DNA of 63,839 nucleotides, the filler included, from Choristocarpus tenellus KU-1152 (Eukaryota; Protista; Phaeophyceae): NCBI GenBank assembly GCA_964200185.2. It is 13 parts of 13 records of this genome, joined end to end, with 100 filler letters (N's around TTAATTAATTAA, not from the genome) between each part and the next. Parts side by side here need not be neighbours in the genome. Positions count along the whole stretch, not along the records: positions 12,726 to 18,856 come from CAXNAD020008871.1; positions 18,957 to 21,529 come from CAXNAD020026660.1; positions 21,630 to 24,747 come from CAXNAD020022204.1; positions 24,848 to 27,681 come from CAXNAD020024336.1; 9 more parts are not named here. One strand, given 5' to 3'. Positions 13,233 to 25,643 of the stretch are shown in pieces. The position numbers were made by a program, and so were the translations under genes. The first letter of the stretch is position 1, and each line of letters begins with the position of its first letter. A model generated the notes under the pieces. It saw nothing but the letters and a program-made list of their open reading frames with translations. It made no database searches and was not told where the DNA came from.

Positions 13233-15112
13233 CTGCTGAAGTTGTCGGTCAGGCCTGGGAGCAGGCCTTCCAGCGATGTCAGAGTCCACAGTAAGGCCAG
13301 CGGGGCGCTGGTTCATGGGGAAGCGCCGGACACACATGTGGACGATGTCATCTCCACGCAAGATGATAGTGCCCCCCTGTTCCACACCTTTACTGGCGGT
13401 GCCTTCCTTCTTCACAGTCACTGCACGTATGAGCACCTGGGAACCAGAACCAGAACGCATGTCCAAAAAGTTAAAGTGGAAAAGAGTCTTTAAAACAGCT
13501 TTTTTTCTGTTTGCATGTGTTACACCTCAACAATAGGTGCGTGCTGGTGGAATGAAAGCAAAGGATAATGTAGACAACAGGCGGGGTGGTGTCCAGTACC
13601 CCCGCCCATGACTAGAACGAGATCAAGTGGTCTAGAGTGGGTTCAGGGGGGAGGGAGGAGGAGGATAAATTTGGCCCTGAGTGTTACTCTTCTCAAATGC
13701 AATAGCTAAATAAAACTTGTTGACTCCACAGAGAGTAAAACCCTGTAGATAATATCTCATTTCGTTTTCCTTGATAATAATGTGTTGATGCCGGCCACAT
13801 TTCTCAACCAAAATGTTCTTGCAAGCACGTTATGACAATTACAACTTGTACAGCTTCCTCAAGTCACTGGAAAGTTCTTGGTGACCATGTGCACACACGT
13901 GCATAGGTCCTAATACCTCGTGCAAGAAGCAACCAAGAGATCAACAAGACCCACAGGCATAATTCCAATCAACTGCAACATGGAATCACTCTCCACCCTG
14001 TGTACATTTTAGGTTCCAATCAGTCGCATCTTGTGTGTGGTGCACATTCGGTTTCCATTAAATGCAAGAATTATGCTGTTAAGTAGTATACCACAGTTAT
14101 GAAGGGTAGAACTAACAGAAATGAAAAAATCTGTCAAAAGAAAAATAACGGATGGGAGCAACAAAAGGACACACCTAGATAGATCACAGAAAAGGCCTCC
14201 AATAGAAAAATACATCACTACTCTTTTGCACGTGCACCCCGTCAAATATACAGCTAAAATGGGCGAATAAAACGAATGAACAGCTCTCAAAACATGACAA
14301 TCGTGTAGAGACACAACTGTAGGTGTTTTAGAAATCCTTTCCGTAGAGGACGCCGAAGGATAAAGCGAGGTTGCTATGCCATGGTGCGGCTAGGCACGAG
14401 AGCCATAGCACCAATACAGAACAGAGCTTCATCGGGGCACCTCTGTCTGAATATACGTTTCAATCAAACCGATGCCATGGGTATCGCGTTATCCAGAGAG
14501 GAAGCGATCGGGCCTCAATAATTGAAGGGATATCGTCCCTCAACACGGTAATACAGAATAGAATTTAGGCATACTAGTTTGGTCCAATCCAAACAATTCA
14601 TCACCACGATAAGAGGCAGAAACCCAGTGCAGGAATGCTGGGATAATACTGCGATTGCTTGGGGTGTGGATACTTCAGATCATGTGCAGGTTGGTTACAT
14701 GTAATGCAAACACTATAATATTCACCTACTCCGATAAGAAAGGATGACAAAGGCGTATACAGCAGGCGCACTCGAGAACATGTTATCGAAGAGTCCCCAA
14801 GAAATGCAATGGTACCTGATAAGCGCTGCGGTTTCCGCCAGAAGGGTCGACGGGAGTCAGCACGTGAAAAACTCCTTCATAGACCGAACCGTCTGATGTT
14901 GTGATGTCCGCCCGCTCCCCCATCATAGCTCTCGTGACGTTGATGAAACGATCACGGCAGGCGTCCTTGTAGCTAGATGAGGAACTTTGACTTGAGACAC
15001 CCCGCATACTCCATGCACCATTCGAATCCCCCTTGCCTCTACTTATCCCACCACGGGGCGTCCTGCTCGAACCTCCACCTCCCTTGCGCCTACCACCAGA
15101 GAGGGTAGACAT
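13233..15112 (-). CDS. ATXN2: Ataxin-2/PBP1-like protein, first two coding exons (SM-ATX/LSm domain); 3' exons not found in window
   Basis: Exon 1 15112-14816 (ATG...YQ|GTACC, 297 nt) and exon 2 13436-13233 (CCCAG|VLIRA...LQQ|GTGTGT, 204 nt) join in phase 0. The protein has an RG-rich N-terminus, an Sm-like segment RFINVTRAMMGERADITTSDGSVYEGVFH, and TVDSDIAG...DRQLQ resembling the ataxin-2 TDSAIS...ELE linker. Confidence 0.85.
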
Positions 15113-15521
15113 GGTGCTTGCTCTATCTTTTCAAACGACCCCTCTCCTTTCGGGCAAACCACAAGGGTTTGATGTGATTTGTTGATTTCTTTATTTGGAG
15201 GCTGGAAAAAGAGTTGGGGGGACCCTGCGCTCGCGTATTTCGCGCGGAGGGTCTTTATATGAGTATTTGTTGGATTGAGTGGATTATGACATGTATCGAC
15301 TGTATATCTTATATCTCAAAGATATAATAATGTGTCTTAATATAAAATGATCCTTCCTTTTAATAGATTCTTGTTGATAGGTTGATATGCCATGCACAGA
15401 TTTTTTGCATGTCTAGACCTCTAGAACTACTGCATCCATTACTGTTGTAGTCTTTGTTGGTTCATCGAACGGTAATAGGGCATCCTGGTGCACTTACCTA
15501 ATTTCTTCTGTAGCAAAGGCC
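15113..15521. promoter_or_regulatory. Short head-to-head intergenic region (probable bidirectional promoter plus 5' UTRs)
   Basis: The ATGs of the ataxin-2-like (-) and HAD (+) genes are only 409 bp apart on one contig, with an AT-rich core at about 15290-15390. Confidence 0.55.
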
Positions 15522-17783
15522 ATGAAACTCGCAATCTTGCTGGTGTTGCTCCAAGCCACAAACATCCGAAGCCAAGCCGTGTCCTTATTCACTTCAACTG
15601 ATCGTGCTTTAGGGAGATCCAACCACGTAAAGACAGGCTTGGGGACGAGGGGTGGATTCACTCAGCAAGAAGTTCGGAGACGGCAAATGTCTAGTGGCAA
15701 GGGAAGGGTGCGTCAAGTGTACTTGCAGGGCTTACTTGCTTTACGTGCTTATTTCACTTCAATTTGTCGATGGGGAGGGCTGAGTGCATTTTGTGAGAAA
15801 GCACAACATATCCAGGGCGATGTATCGACAGGTTATGCCTTCACCTATCCCCTCGGAGAAACTTTAGATCCAGAGCAGCAACTGATTTCAACTATGGTAG
15901 TGTGCGTTGACAATTAATCCATGCTCAGTTGCTTGAGTCTGCTATTTTTCCAGTCTTACAGTTAGAATATACGATGATCTGGGAGGATGCCACGTGATGG
16001 ACCGATATCTAGGGTGTTGCCTTGTCAACTTTGTTTTTGCAGTTTGCCTGGAGCGTATAACCGTGTTGTTCGAAGCCTCCTAACAATAGAACAGCTAAGG
16101 TATAATGTGCTATCGTAATTCTGAAGCACTTGAAGGCACCACTGTAGTACCTATTTTCTTCCGTTTTTCATCCTGCTCAGCCGCTATAAGCTACTCCTCA
16201 AGGTGAACATCTTCTTCACAAGAGCTGCATGCACTAACATTTGTTGACATCTCGGCATGTATCCACAGGTTCTCGTGTTAGATGTGGATGGGACTCTTTA
16301 TGGACGTGGGTGTGGAGTAGAGCAGCAGGTGAGGGGCAGTTTAGGTTGAGGTCCCACTCTCCCAGAATGCTGAGGGGCCTCGCTTTGATCTGGGCTGTAC
16401 CACATGTGAAGATTTCTGGGATATGTTCGGACTTACATTTACTTTGTTAGCTCCTCTGACGTGGCCAGCGTTCTATGTAACACATCGCAGCAGAATGTCT
16501 ACATACTGCCAAATGTATATATATATAATGCCAAAACAACTTTGGCCTCGAGTTAGCAAACATGTCCTACGAAGGACGTAAAGTAAGAGTTGAAACCTGC
16601 TCTGCTCAGCTATGATGAGAAAAGTGGAGTCATGTAGTGCCGCTCCGTTTCTTTCCCAAGTATTGCTATGTTTCATTCAGCAGTAGCAATGGAGGGACAC
16701 CATTTGTTGTAGTTATGAGAAGAATGCCCTTACATTCCTGTCATGTACAATAAACCAATTCTCAAGCATATAAGATTGAAACACAAAACCATCATCGAAC
16801 GGTGTAGTACATCCTCCCATGGACTTGCCCCTAACCCCCCCTCCACCTTTCCACTGTCCAGTTTATCCTGAAAGAAATGTGTATGAGGTGATGGCAGATC
16901 ATTGCACTGTTGCAGAGCATGATGACGCTGAATGATTGAGATCTCGGTATAAATTGTATCTGCGTCATTGCTTGGGATCATTGTGTTGAAACCATTCAGA
17001 CGTTCAGAGCACTATTTGGTGTTGTGGTGGCCACACCTTGAATCTTTGGTATGTAATAGCTACACCTACTAAATGCTTCAATTGCCAAAATACTGGTTAG
17101 GGCTGTGTTTCAGGGCATCTTCCGATGCAAAACTGAGTGTATGATGTACCAAATGTTATTTTGGACGGTTTTGTGTGTACTATGCCATTGAGTCAAACCG
17201 GTTAGGTACAACAGAGCAGATCAATATCTATAGGGTCCCTCTGGGAAAACTTTGGGGAGGTGCTCACCTGCAGAACAGTCGGCTGACTATGAAACACAGC
17301 TGGGGTCTTACACTGCACCACCCCATTGATGGGAACATGCACCTCTTGTGTCAAGTTCTTCAGCTGTCAGGCACATCTCTCGCTCCCCTGTCGCTAATTG
17401 CACATCACTCCCCCTTGACCGTTAGACCGTACTTTATCATTTGCAGGGCTATCCACAAGTGTCGGTGATTCCATTCAACTCAATGAAATATGCTGGGTTT
17501 ACCCTCTTGTACTTTGAACCACGTCTTACTGTCCATGTCATCACCGGTGACTCTCTTAGCGCGAATGATTGCCTTTGCTTGGGTCATACCCGCATATATA
17601 TATATATGTATATATATACATACATATATATTGTGTGTAAAGCAGGTACAATTTTTTTGATTTCTTCTGTGCTGTCGTGTGTGTGTGTTTGTGATGTCAC
17701 GTGCAGATTGTAGATGGCATCTACAGATTCTTCAAGGAGGAGCTTGGACTGTCAGAAGAAGACTGTGATATCCTCCACCAAAA
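15522..17783 (+). CDS. HAD-superfamily hydrolase, pyrimidine 5'-nucleotidase (SDT1)-like, first three exons, with N-terminal signal + transit-like peptide
   Basis: Exons 15522-15707 (MKLAILLVLLQA...GKGR|GTGCGT), 16269-16328 (CACAG|VLVLDVDGTLYGRGCGVEQQ|GTGAG) and 17707-17783 (TGCAG|IVDGIYRFFKGELGLSEEDCDILHQ|GT) splice in frame. HAD motif I DxDGTLY is followed by an LGLSEE cap helix typical of SDT1-like nucleotidases. Confidence 0.8.
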
Positions 17784-17919
17784 GTGTGTTAGCGTGTTGA
17801 GTGTGTTAGCGTGTCGAGTGTGTTAGCGTGTTGAGTGTGTTAGCGTGTCGAGTGTGTTAGCGTGTTGAGTGTGTTAGCGTGTTGAGTGTGTTAGTGTGTC
17901 GAGTGTGTTAGCGTGTCGA
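17784..17919 (+). repeat. 17-bp minisatellite (GTGTGTTAGCGTGTYGA) x8
   Basis: Directly visible tandem array. Confidence 0.9.
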
Positions 17920-19426
17920 GTGTGTGTGTGTATTGAGATCATATCGTTTGTTCTGTGTAAGCAAGGGGATGTGCCAATTGATTTGAGAGGAAACACTCAT
18001 GCTCTCTCTTGTGTGCTTGCTTGTGTACTGCTCTATGAAGCACACCCGCGAGGCATTCTGTTGCATGGGAGATTTTATTTTTTACGTTCACTCGTGGACG
18101 AGGAAAGGGTAGGGGGGGGGGGGTGACAGATGTTGATAGGAGGGGTTTTGCTGATAGTGTATTGCATTNNNNNNNNNNGCGGGGCATTCTGTTGCAGGGG
18201 GGGTTTTATTTTTTACGGTCCCTCGTGGACGAGGAAAGGGTGGGGGGGGGGGGTGACAGTTGTTGATAGGAGGTGTTTTGCTGATAGTGTATTGCATTAT
18301 TTAGGTTGGAGGCACACACACACAACATAAGTTCATCATAAAGCGTAGCGTTGGTCATGTCGTTGTAATCTACAAGGGCCTACAATGGTGTGGATATGTT
18401 TTTTCTAACCCCATGGGAGGCAAGTGGATAACCCTTCAGTTGTGCTCTTTAGTTTTTTGAGCTTCATGATGGTGGTACTTGGCATGAAAGGGCTGGTTGC
18501 TTACCTGTGAATGTGGTCACTTTCTCAAAGGCTATGTACGGGATGGTCTTGCATAGATTTTCTTCTGTGAGGCAAACCTTTTCCACAAGTTGGGTTGCAA
18601 ATTGATTAGTCAAAACGGTCAATTACCTCTTCGCCACAAGATTCTGCCTTCTATGTGTGCATTTGTGTGTGTGTGTGTTTTTCTCTTCAATAATGTTCTT
18701 GTTTTTCTTTTATATTTTCAGACAAAATGACTTGTGACACAAAATCAGACATTATAGAGGAGAATATCTTACTTGCCCAACTGCCTGCCATGATAATCCC
18801 CCCCCCCCCCTAGCCCACCTCCCATGCATGCAAATCTTTGCGCTTATGTGCTGATGNNNNNNNNNNNNNNNNNNNNNNNNNNNNNNNNNNNNNNNNNNNN
18901 TTAATTAATTAANNNNNNNNNNNNNNNNNNNNNNNNNNNNNNNNNNNNNNNNNNNNTGTGTTTTTGTTTTGAACTGTGCGGAGTGGCTTTTATACTCTCA
19001 AATTCATTTGTATAGACACACATTGGTCAAACTGTTAGGGACCAACATTAAACCTTCCAAGCAATGATAGCATATGTAACCCACACGTCAACACTGTACA
19101 CTCTCCCCCGATGTCTTCTTTGCCGCAATTGCGACAATTCTCTTTTGTATATCCCTATTGTCCTGTACCAAATTGTTTGACCTCCTTTTAGTTTTTGAGG
19201 TAATTGTTATTGTTTCAGTCTATTTGTGGCGACTTTTATTGTCGTCAACATTTGTATCGACATAGATTGGTCGAATTGGAAGCTATTTACATCAAACGTT
19301 CTAAGAAATAACAACCCTTGCTTACCCTCCATATGTTGACGCCTAACCTTTTCCCGATGTCCTCATTGCCGAATTGGTAACAATTGCATATATTCATATG
19401 TCCTGGATCTACAAGTTGATGGCGAG

Positions 19427-19801
19427 GTGATGCTCCTCATGAAGGGAACAGGAGGAATTCACAAGGCGGACTTTGTGACCATGGATGGATTTGTGGCGGT
19501 GAGGACAGGGATGAAGGCCAAATCCATTGTTGTGGGTGATTATTGCTATGTCCACGGAACCATCCTGAAGGGGTGCCATGATCGGGGCGAGATAATAAGG
19601 CAAACATTGCAGATGGAGGACATTAAGATTCTCGTTTAGAGGAAGGCAGTGTGGATGCGGAAGAGTGCAGTGACCAATATTCGTCGCCTCATAACCTGTG
19701 GCACATGCTCACAGCTCTTGGGTTGGTGGAAGAGGGAAGACGGACACTGTTTCGAAAGTTTCGAGGAGATGATGGGGAGGAACGTTCAAAGTAAGATCTA
19801 G
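19427..19801 (+). pseudogene. Degenerate paralog of the 30607-30963 domain
   Basis: DGFVAVRTGMKAKSIVVGDYCYVHGTILKGCHDRGEIIRQTLQMEDIKILV*RKAV...QYSSPHNLWHMLT aligns with HGFVTAKTGVKAKPMIVDDYCYVHRAILKGCNDRGEITRRTLQMEDINILIKRKAV...RYSSPHNLWHTLT; in-frame stop and deletions. Confidence 0.7.
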
Positions 19802-22340
19802 AGTTGAGCATCAAGTCAAATCATTGTGCAACATTTGACGGATACTAGGTGAATGAGTGTGAATCACGTTGTTTCTTAGTCTGCCTGCAACATTTTCATT
19901 TCAGAGCTGATTTTGTTTGTGTCCTTGACGAGTTAGATGTCTTTATCATATATGTATATGGTGGTGTTGTAGAGTTGTGAGACACTTCGATGTCTTGTCA
20001 AATGTCTTCACAACAGATTAGTGCAACCTTAAGACTGAACATCTATTCCATGCTTATCATTTATTCGGTGACTGCCAAGGTGGACCTTTAATGAGTTGGT
20101 GGTAATTGAGTAGAGAATGTTGCTCTCTTCGGACGCCTCAATTTATATGTGTTTGTTGTAATAATTCAGTCTATCTCCCTCACAGAGGGTGGTCGCTCAA
20201 ATGTGTAAGGTTCCAGGATCTGCTGTCGCCTCTTTGACTTCAAATTTGACAAATTTTAAGGCCTCGAATGCTTTCAAAGTCTGAGATAGGAAACATGTTA
20301 CGATGTTTCCTACATGCGTAAATCTCCATGCTCGTAGTTTGTACGAGGGCGGGAGTATCTCATCTCGTGTAAAACTGTGATTGTAAGTGCTAAAATTTTT
20401 GAAGTGTTTCAAAAGCGAAAGTACACACACGCAATTTCTTTCGGGCTCTAAGTACGCCTAAGTACGATAATGTTACAATTCGTTGACATATCCCAATCAG
20501 CGTGTGCTTTTTTTCGCGTTTTCTACATCTAAAAAGACCAGGGAAAACGACTCCAGTTTAATTTTGTTTTCATTCTCCTCCTTCGCATGTCATTCTTCCT
20601 GTATGGGTTCCGCACTTAATGCCATGCTTGACGTAAATTGGTCCAACCCACACAAACCGACTCAAGCAGCGACGAAATTCACACGGAAAAATTGTTATTT
20701 TATTGTACTCAATATTCAAACAATACTATCAACATTCTTCAACATTTGTTTCTTCACATGCACTCTGTCGAATAAGACTGGGGCAAAGGACACTGTCTCA
20801 ATGTCGGATCAGTCCCCTCCTTCCTTGCGTATCACTCATCCTGCGTTTCTGCCTCATTTAATAACATGCATCACTTAAGTCCAACTCTCTCACCCTCAGA
20901 ATCTAAAACACAATCGAATTGCAACCAGGATGTGATTTCTTAAAACACGTTTCACGACAATTTACAACTCATTCTTCCAGTCACTGCACCCGATCGGAGC
21001 ACAATGAAGAAACCAATACAATCTTTCAGAGAATCTCCACTTTGATTTTGTCCTCTCATCTCATACAAACCATCAGTTAGGTACATCGAAAACACACAAA
21101 ATGCATTGTTTACGATCCAACTGTCACCGCAAATGCGACTCTTTCGAAATTTCAGGACACGATATACTCTTGGTGATTTGCCTCACTCGCTTTTTCTACA
21201 ACCACAAAGGACCCTGATACCGATTTGGTTGATACTTTCTTCGGACTAACCCTCAACCTTTCCTGCGACAGTGCTCTAGACGTCATCGCTCACACCCCAA
21301 GTTTACCAGAGCCTCAAAAAGCGACCAAATTTCAGTACATCCTCTAAAAACACTACATAAAATCCAAAGGGGTTGAATATATCAAATTTTTGACCACCAC
21401 CCAACACCTCACCCATTATATGATCACCCTAAAACACCCAAAAATTGGATTTTCTGCTGCATTCGAAAATATAAAGGGAAAAAATGAAGACAATAAACAG
21501 GTCTTTCTCAAAATTGAGGATGGTGCAGGNNNNNNNNNNNNNNNNNNNNNNNNNNNNNNNNNNNNNNNNNNNNTTAATTAATTAANNNNNNNNNNNNNNN
21601 NNNNNNNNNNNNNNNNNNNNNNNNNNNNNCTCCTCCCCCCCTCCCAGATACTTTGGGTCTACACACCAGCTGTCACTAGTGGTATCACCAATATCACTAG
21701 TCAGGCATCTATAATTTGTTTGATCGAAACCGTTCATAAACCGTTTTACACCACCCCAGTCGCTGACAATGTAAGCCCTGAAGGCAACACTCGTGACCCT
21801 AACCCTAACCCTAACCAACATTAATTACCCCTACATCTCGAACACTCAACCCAATCCGCGAAGAGACAAATTTCACCTTACATCTAACATGTTGACGTAG
21901 TTGCAATGCAGCGGCTATCATCAGAATCAATTCCAGCGAATTCAACCGAACCTTTTTTCCGAAATTAGAACATGGGTTGCAGTGACATATGTTGAGAGTA
22001 ATCCGACAAGTGATCCGAAATAGAACTAAGATTCCACGATCAAATTCCATGCACCACAACATCCATCCGTCGAATGTTACGTGGTGACACCATCGATACG
22101 CACATGTTAGGGCTCCGATACGATTGGAACTTTTCCGATAAGATTCGTATCGCGTCGCAACACAATCTCGATTTAACTCGCGCGGTGGTATCAATACGCG
22201 CGCGTAGCTTGGTCCAAAAAACCATGGTAACCTAACTTTATAATTTGATGGCTTCTGCCAACCGACAGAAGATACCAAATTTCTAGTTCAAGGTACATTC
22301 CAAAATTGCCATATTCGTTTCAAACTGGTGCATTCATGCA

Positions 22341-22808
22341 TTCACTTTCGCGGTTCCACATTATGTTTTCCTGCTTAGGGTTCTTGTTCCAAATCGGTAC
22401 ACACCACCCCCAACCGTCTTGCCGTGCTTTGAAAATTGATCGCCTCTACCGTCTGACACAACACATCAAATTTCTTCATTACTCTCTGCCCTATGTCAAA
22501 CACAAACCTGTGCATGGTTGCCCTCCCAACTTCTAACTCGGGGCGGCGCGTAATTCCTTTTGATCTTCATCTTTCACTTTCGCGGCTCCACAGTATGTTT
22601 TCCTGCTTAGGGTTCGTCGTGTTCTAAATCGGTACACACCACCCCCAACCATCTTGCCATGCTCTGGAAATTGATCACCTTTACCATCCGACACGACACG
22701 TCAAATGTCTTCATTATTACTGTCTGCCCTATGTCAAACACAAACCCGTGCATGGTTGCCCTCCCGACATCTAACCTGGGTCGGCGCATAAATCTTTTCC
22801 GTCTTCGT
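22341..22808 (+). repeat. Diverged tandem duplication, period about 232 bp
   Basis: TTCACTTTCGCGG(T/C)TCCACA...TGTTTTCCTGCTTAGGGTTC recurs at 22341 and 22573 with colinear downstream sequence. Confidence 0.85.
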
Positions 22809-23531
22809 TGGGGTATTGGTGCGTTCTCATATACAATATTCCTTCCACATTGGCGGGGTTTACCATTCGCTGCATGTTTGCAAATAGCAGTCTCCATGGA
22901 GAGCGCTACACCGTCCTCATGACGACAACAACTCTTCGCCCTCATCATCTCACGTTTGCCTAGTCCACGCATGGACACAAACCTCGCACTCCTTACAGAC
23001 CCCGTCATCATTGATCACATACTCTAGCATTGTATATACAACAACACCCCTGCTGTCATCGCTTAACCATAGTATCTGCCCCTGCGTCAATATCCTTCTC
23101 GTTTGCGAATATCGTTGCCATAAAAAATCCCCCCCTACCTTCACAAGCAGTCGGGCGGAGGCCCAAAGAAACCTGAAGAGGAGAAGACAACATTGTTAAC
23201 CCTAAATCCTTCATAACGGAACACGATGGCCCACCTGTACATGTAGCTCACATCCGAAGTCAAGGAGCAGTACTTCGCAAGAATGTGCACTGATGTCCTC
23301 GCTGGAGTCGGACTATCCATCCTCAGAGGGGAGACCCCCCACGGCCATCGCTGGTGCGACATAGTCGAAGTGGCTGTGCATGTGTTCTCAAAGCATGCGG
23401 CGAAAAAACTACCTACTGATGCACTCTCATTGACGTATGTTGTTGGGACAGAGACATTCCCAGAGGAATGGGTAAGTCAAGCTTTGACTGTGATAATTCA
23501 CCCAACGTATACTACATGTATATGCATATAC

Positions 23532-23793
23532 GAGCCCAAGTATCTTAGAGAGTAGAGCCATGTCCATTTGGGGGTCAAAATCCAATGTTTTGATGATTAT
23601 GATGTAGTTTTGGCTATCGCGTACGTTAGGAAGTGCCAATATCTATGTTTCAGACACACCTTTTCATAATGTATACATTTTACCTACTCCTAAACATTTT
23701 GGAGAAGGAAAATGTCATAAAAACATCGATGGGAAGCCAAGCCCCAAATGGACAAACAGGGAAAAATTCGTACCCTCTAAGATACTTTCACTC
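23532..23793 (+). mobile_element. MITE family A copy (about 260 bp)
   Basis: TIR GAGCCCAAGTATCTTAGAG...TACCCTCTAAGATACTTTCACTC; flanks ATAC/ACAC. Confidence 0.85.
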
Positions 23794-24688
23794 ACACCCC
23801 CCTCCTGAGTCTGCAACAGCCGCAATATTTACCGTTCGTGCCTCGCGAGGTAGACGCCCATGTCATACATGTGATTTACCATTCCATGCGCTCCTCCATG
23901 ACAGTTCTCGACCACTCTAATGGGCGTCCGGAACAAATAACCCCCGGCCGACCCCAACCAAGGAAAGAAGAAAATGCCACGAGGAAAAAGGAAGAAGAAC
24001 AGACCAGGGGACGGCGATCAAGACCCTGTGTCTGCCGCCCAGCTCGAGGAAGAATGGGCATCGCAACTGTGGAAAACCACCCAAAAATCACGACATGAAA
24101 AAATTGCCCCCAAATAGACAGCCGCCACCCCCCCCCCCAGATACTTTGGGCCTAACACCGTTGGAAGCTAAGCTCCAAACGAACAAACAGGGCAAAACTC
24201 CTACCCTCTAAGATACTTCCACTAATAAAATATCAATGAAGAGGATAGAGTGTGATCATTGGTTGGTTGATACCTCGTTTTTTGTATTCACAAGGAATAG
24301 AAGGTGAAAAGGTATGAGCCCTACCAATCATTAAAAGCATCGCTACAACTCAAAAGGTTACGTTCTTTGGTCAACAATGTAGAACTCACCGCCGGTATCC
24401 GACTCAATCCATAAATTTACCAATCCTTTAGTTTCCACCTTCCTCAATCTCAATTCCATATATGTTTCCGACGCCTCTTAATGCTCACCTTTCCAGGATG
24501 TACAAGTCAAGTCCAATTCATAGATTAACGCACGTCAGCTCAGGTGAATCAAGTAGCACAAGAAATAGTATAAATTGGTACTGGTACCAATTAAGAGAGA
24601 ACTGAATAAGTAGGGCTCTTTGGGTCAGAAGAACTGAGCCATTTGGACGCGTTTTTAGGATCTCTTATCATCATTTACCGTTGGGGCT

Positions 24689-24747
24689 GAGTGAAAGTAT
24701 CTTAGAGGGTGTGAATTTTGCCCTGTTTGTCCATTTGGGGCTTGGCT
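24689..24747 (-). mobile_element. MITE family A end truncated by gap (another partial end at about 24160-24223)
   Basis: GAGTGAAAGTATCTTAGAGGGT...GCCCTGTTTGTCCATTTGGGGCTTGGCT. Confidence 0.75.
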
Positions 24748-25226
24748 NNNNNNNNNNNNNNNNNNNNNNNNNNNNNNNNNNNNNNNNNNNNTTAATTAAT
24801 TAANNNNNNNNNNNNNNNNNNNNNNNNNNNNNNNNNNNNNNNNNNNNAAAAAAAAAAAAACCCCCCTCTTACCCCACCTTTTTATTCTCCACCCCCCCCC
24901 CCCCCCCCCCTCTCGCATCCCAATCCTGCTAAAAATCGGAAGTTTTTCTTTTTCTTTAATTAAAAAAAAATCTTGTTAGGAACAAGACCCATGCAATGCA
25001 AGCAGGTGGGTCACCTTTATCACCTTTTCCCACCGAGAGAGAGGTTCGTTCACACCCTGCCGTATGCCGTATGTGTCCACGGACGCAGGCAGGCACATCC
25101 AAGCACAACTCACTCACCAGACACAATTCCCCAGATAGTGCAATAAGCACTCCACTCCTTTTCTTTGAGGGCTGCATACTGGCCACAGAGATTGCTCAGA
25201 CACAACAGCAACCAACCCCATAAAAT

Positions 25227-25376
25227 ACACACACACACACACACACACTCACACTCACACACACACACACACACTCACACACACACACTCACACACACAA
25301 CACACACACACACTCACAACACTCACAACACACACACACACTCACACTCACACACACACACACAACACACACACTC
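25227..25376 (+). repeat. Compound (CA)n/(CACACT)n microsatellite
   Basis: Directly visible. Confidence 0.95.
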
Positions 25377-25483
25377 CGGTATGGGAGTTGTGTCCATTCA
25401 GAACTGTACTAAATTGAACCTATATTTTTCTGAAGTATTTAAGAAGAGGAATATCAAGTTAACAGTAGTACCGACTCTTTTAC

Positions 25484-25643
25484 CTGTTTCAGACGCTTTC
25501 GTTCCTCTCGCCTCTGTATCTCTTCCAAATCTGCAGCATGGCGCCTTGCCTGCAGCCCCAGGGCATTAGCCTTATCGCTCCGGGCGCGTTCATCGCACTC
25601 TAGGGCCACGCTCTCACTAATGGTCTCTTTCTCCAACTCGTAT
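25484..25643 (-). CDS. Orphan internal exon of a coiled-coil protein
   Basis: AG|ATAC...AAACAG|GTAAAA, 160 nt, open frame YELEKETISESVALECDERARSDKANALGLQARRHAADLEEIQRREERKRLKQ (charged, helical). Confidence 0.55.

Noticed and set aside
18050-18298. About 130-bp direct duplication
   Set aside because: The copies straddle a 10-N gap and a poly-G run; most likely unmerged overlapping contig ends.
25165-25569. 134-aa His/Thr-rich ORF
   Set aside because: Translation of a (CA)n microsatellite, and antisense to a better-supported exon.
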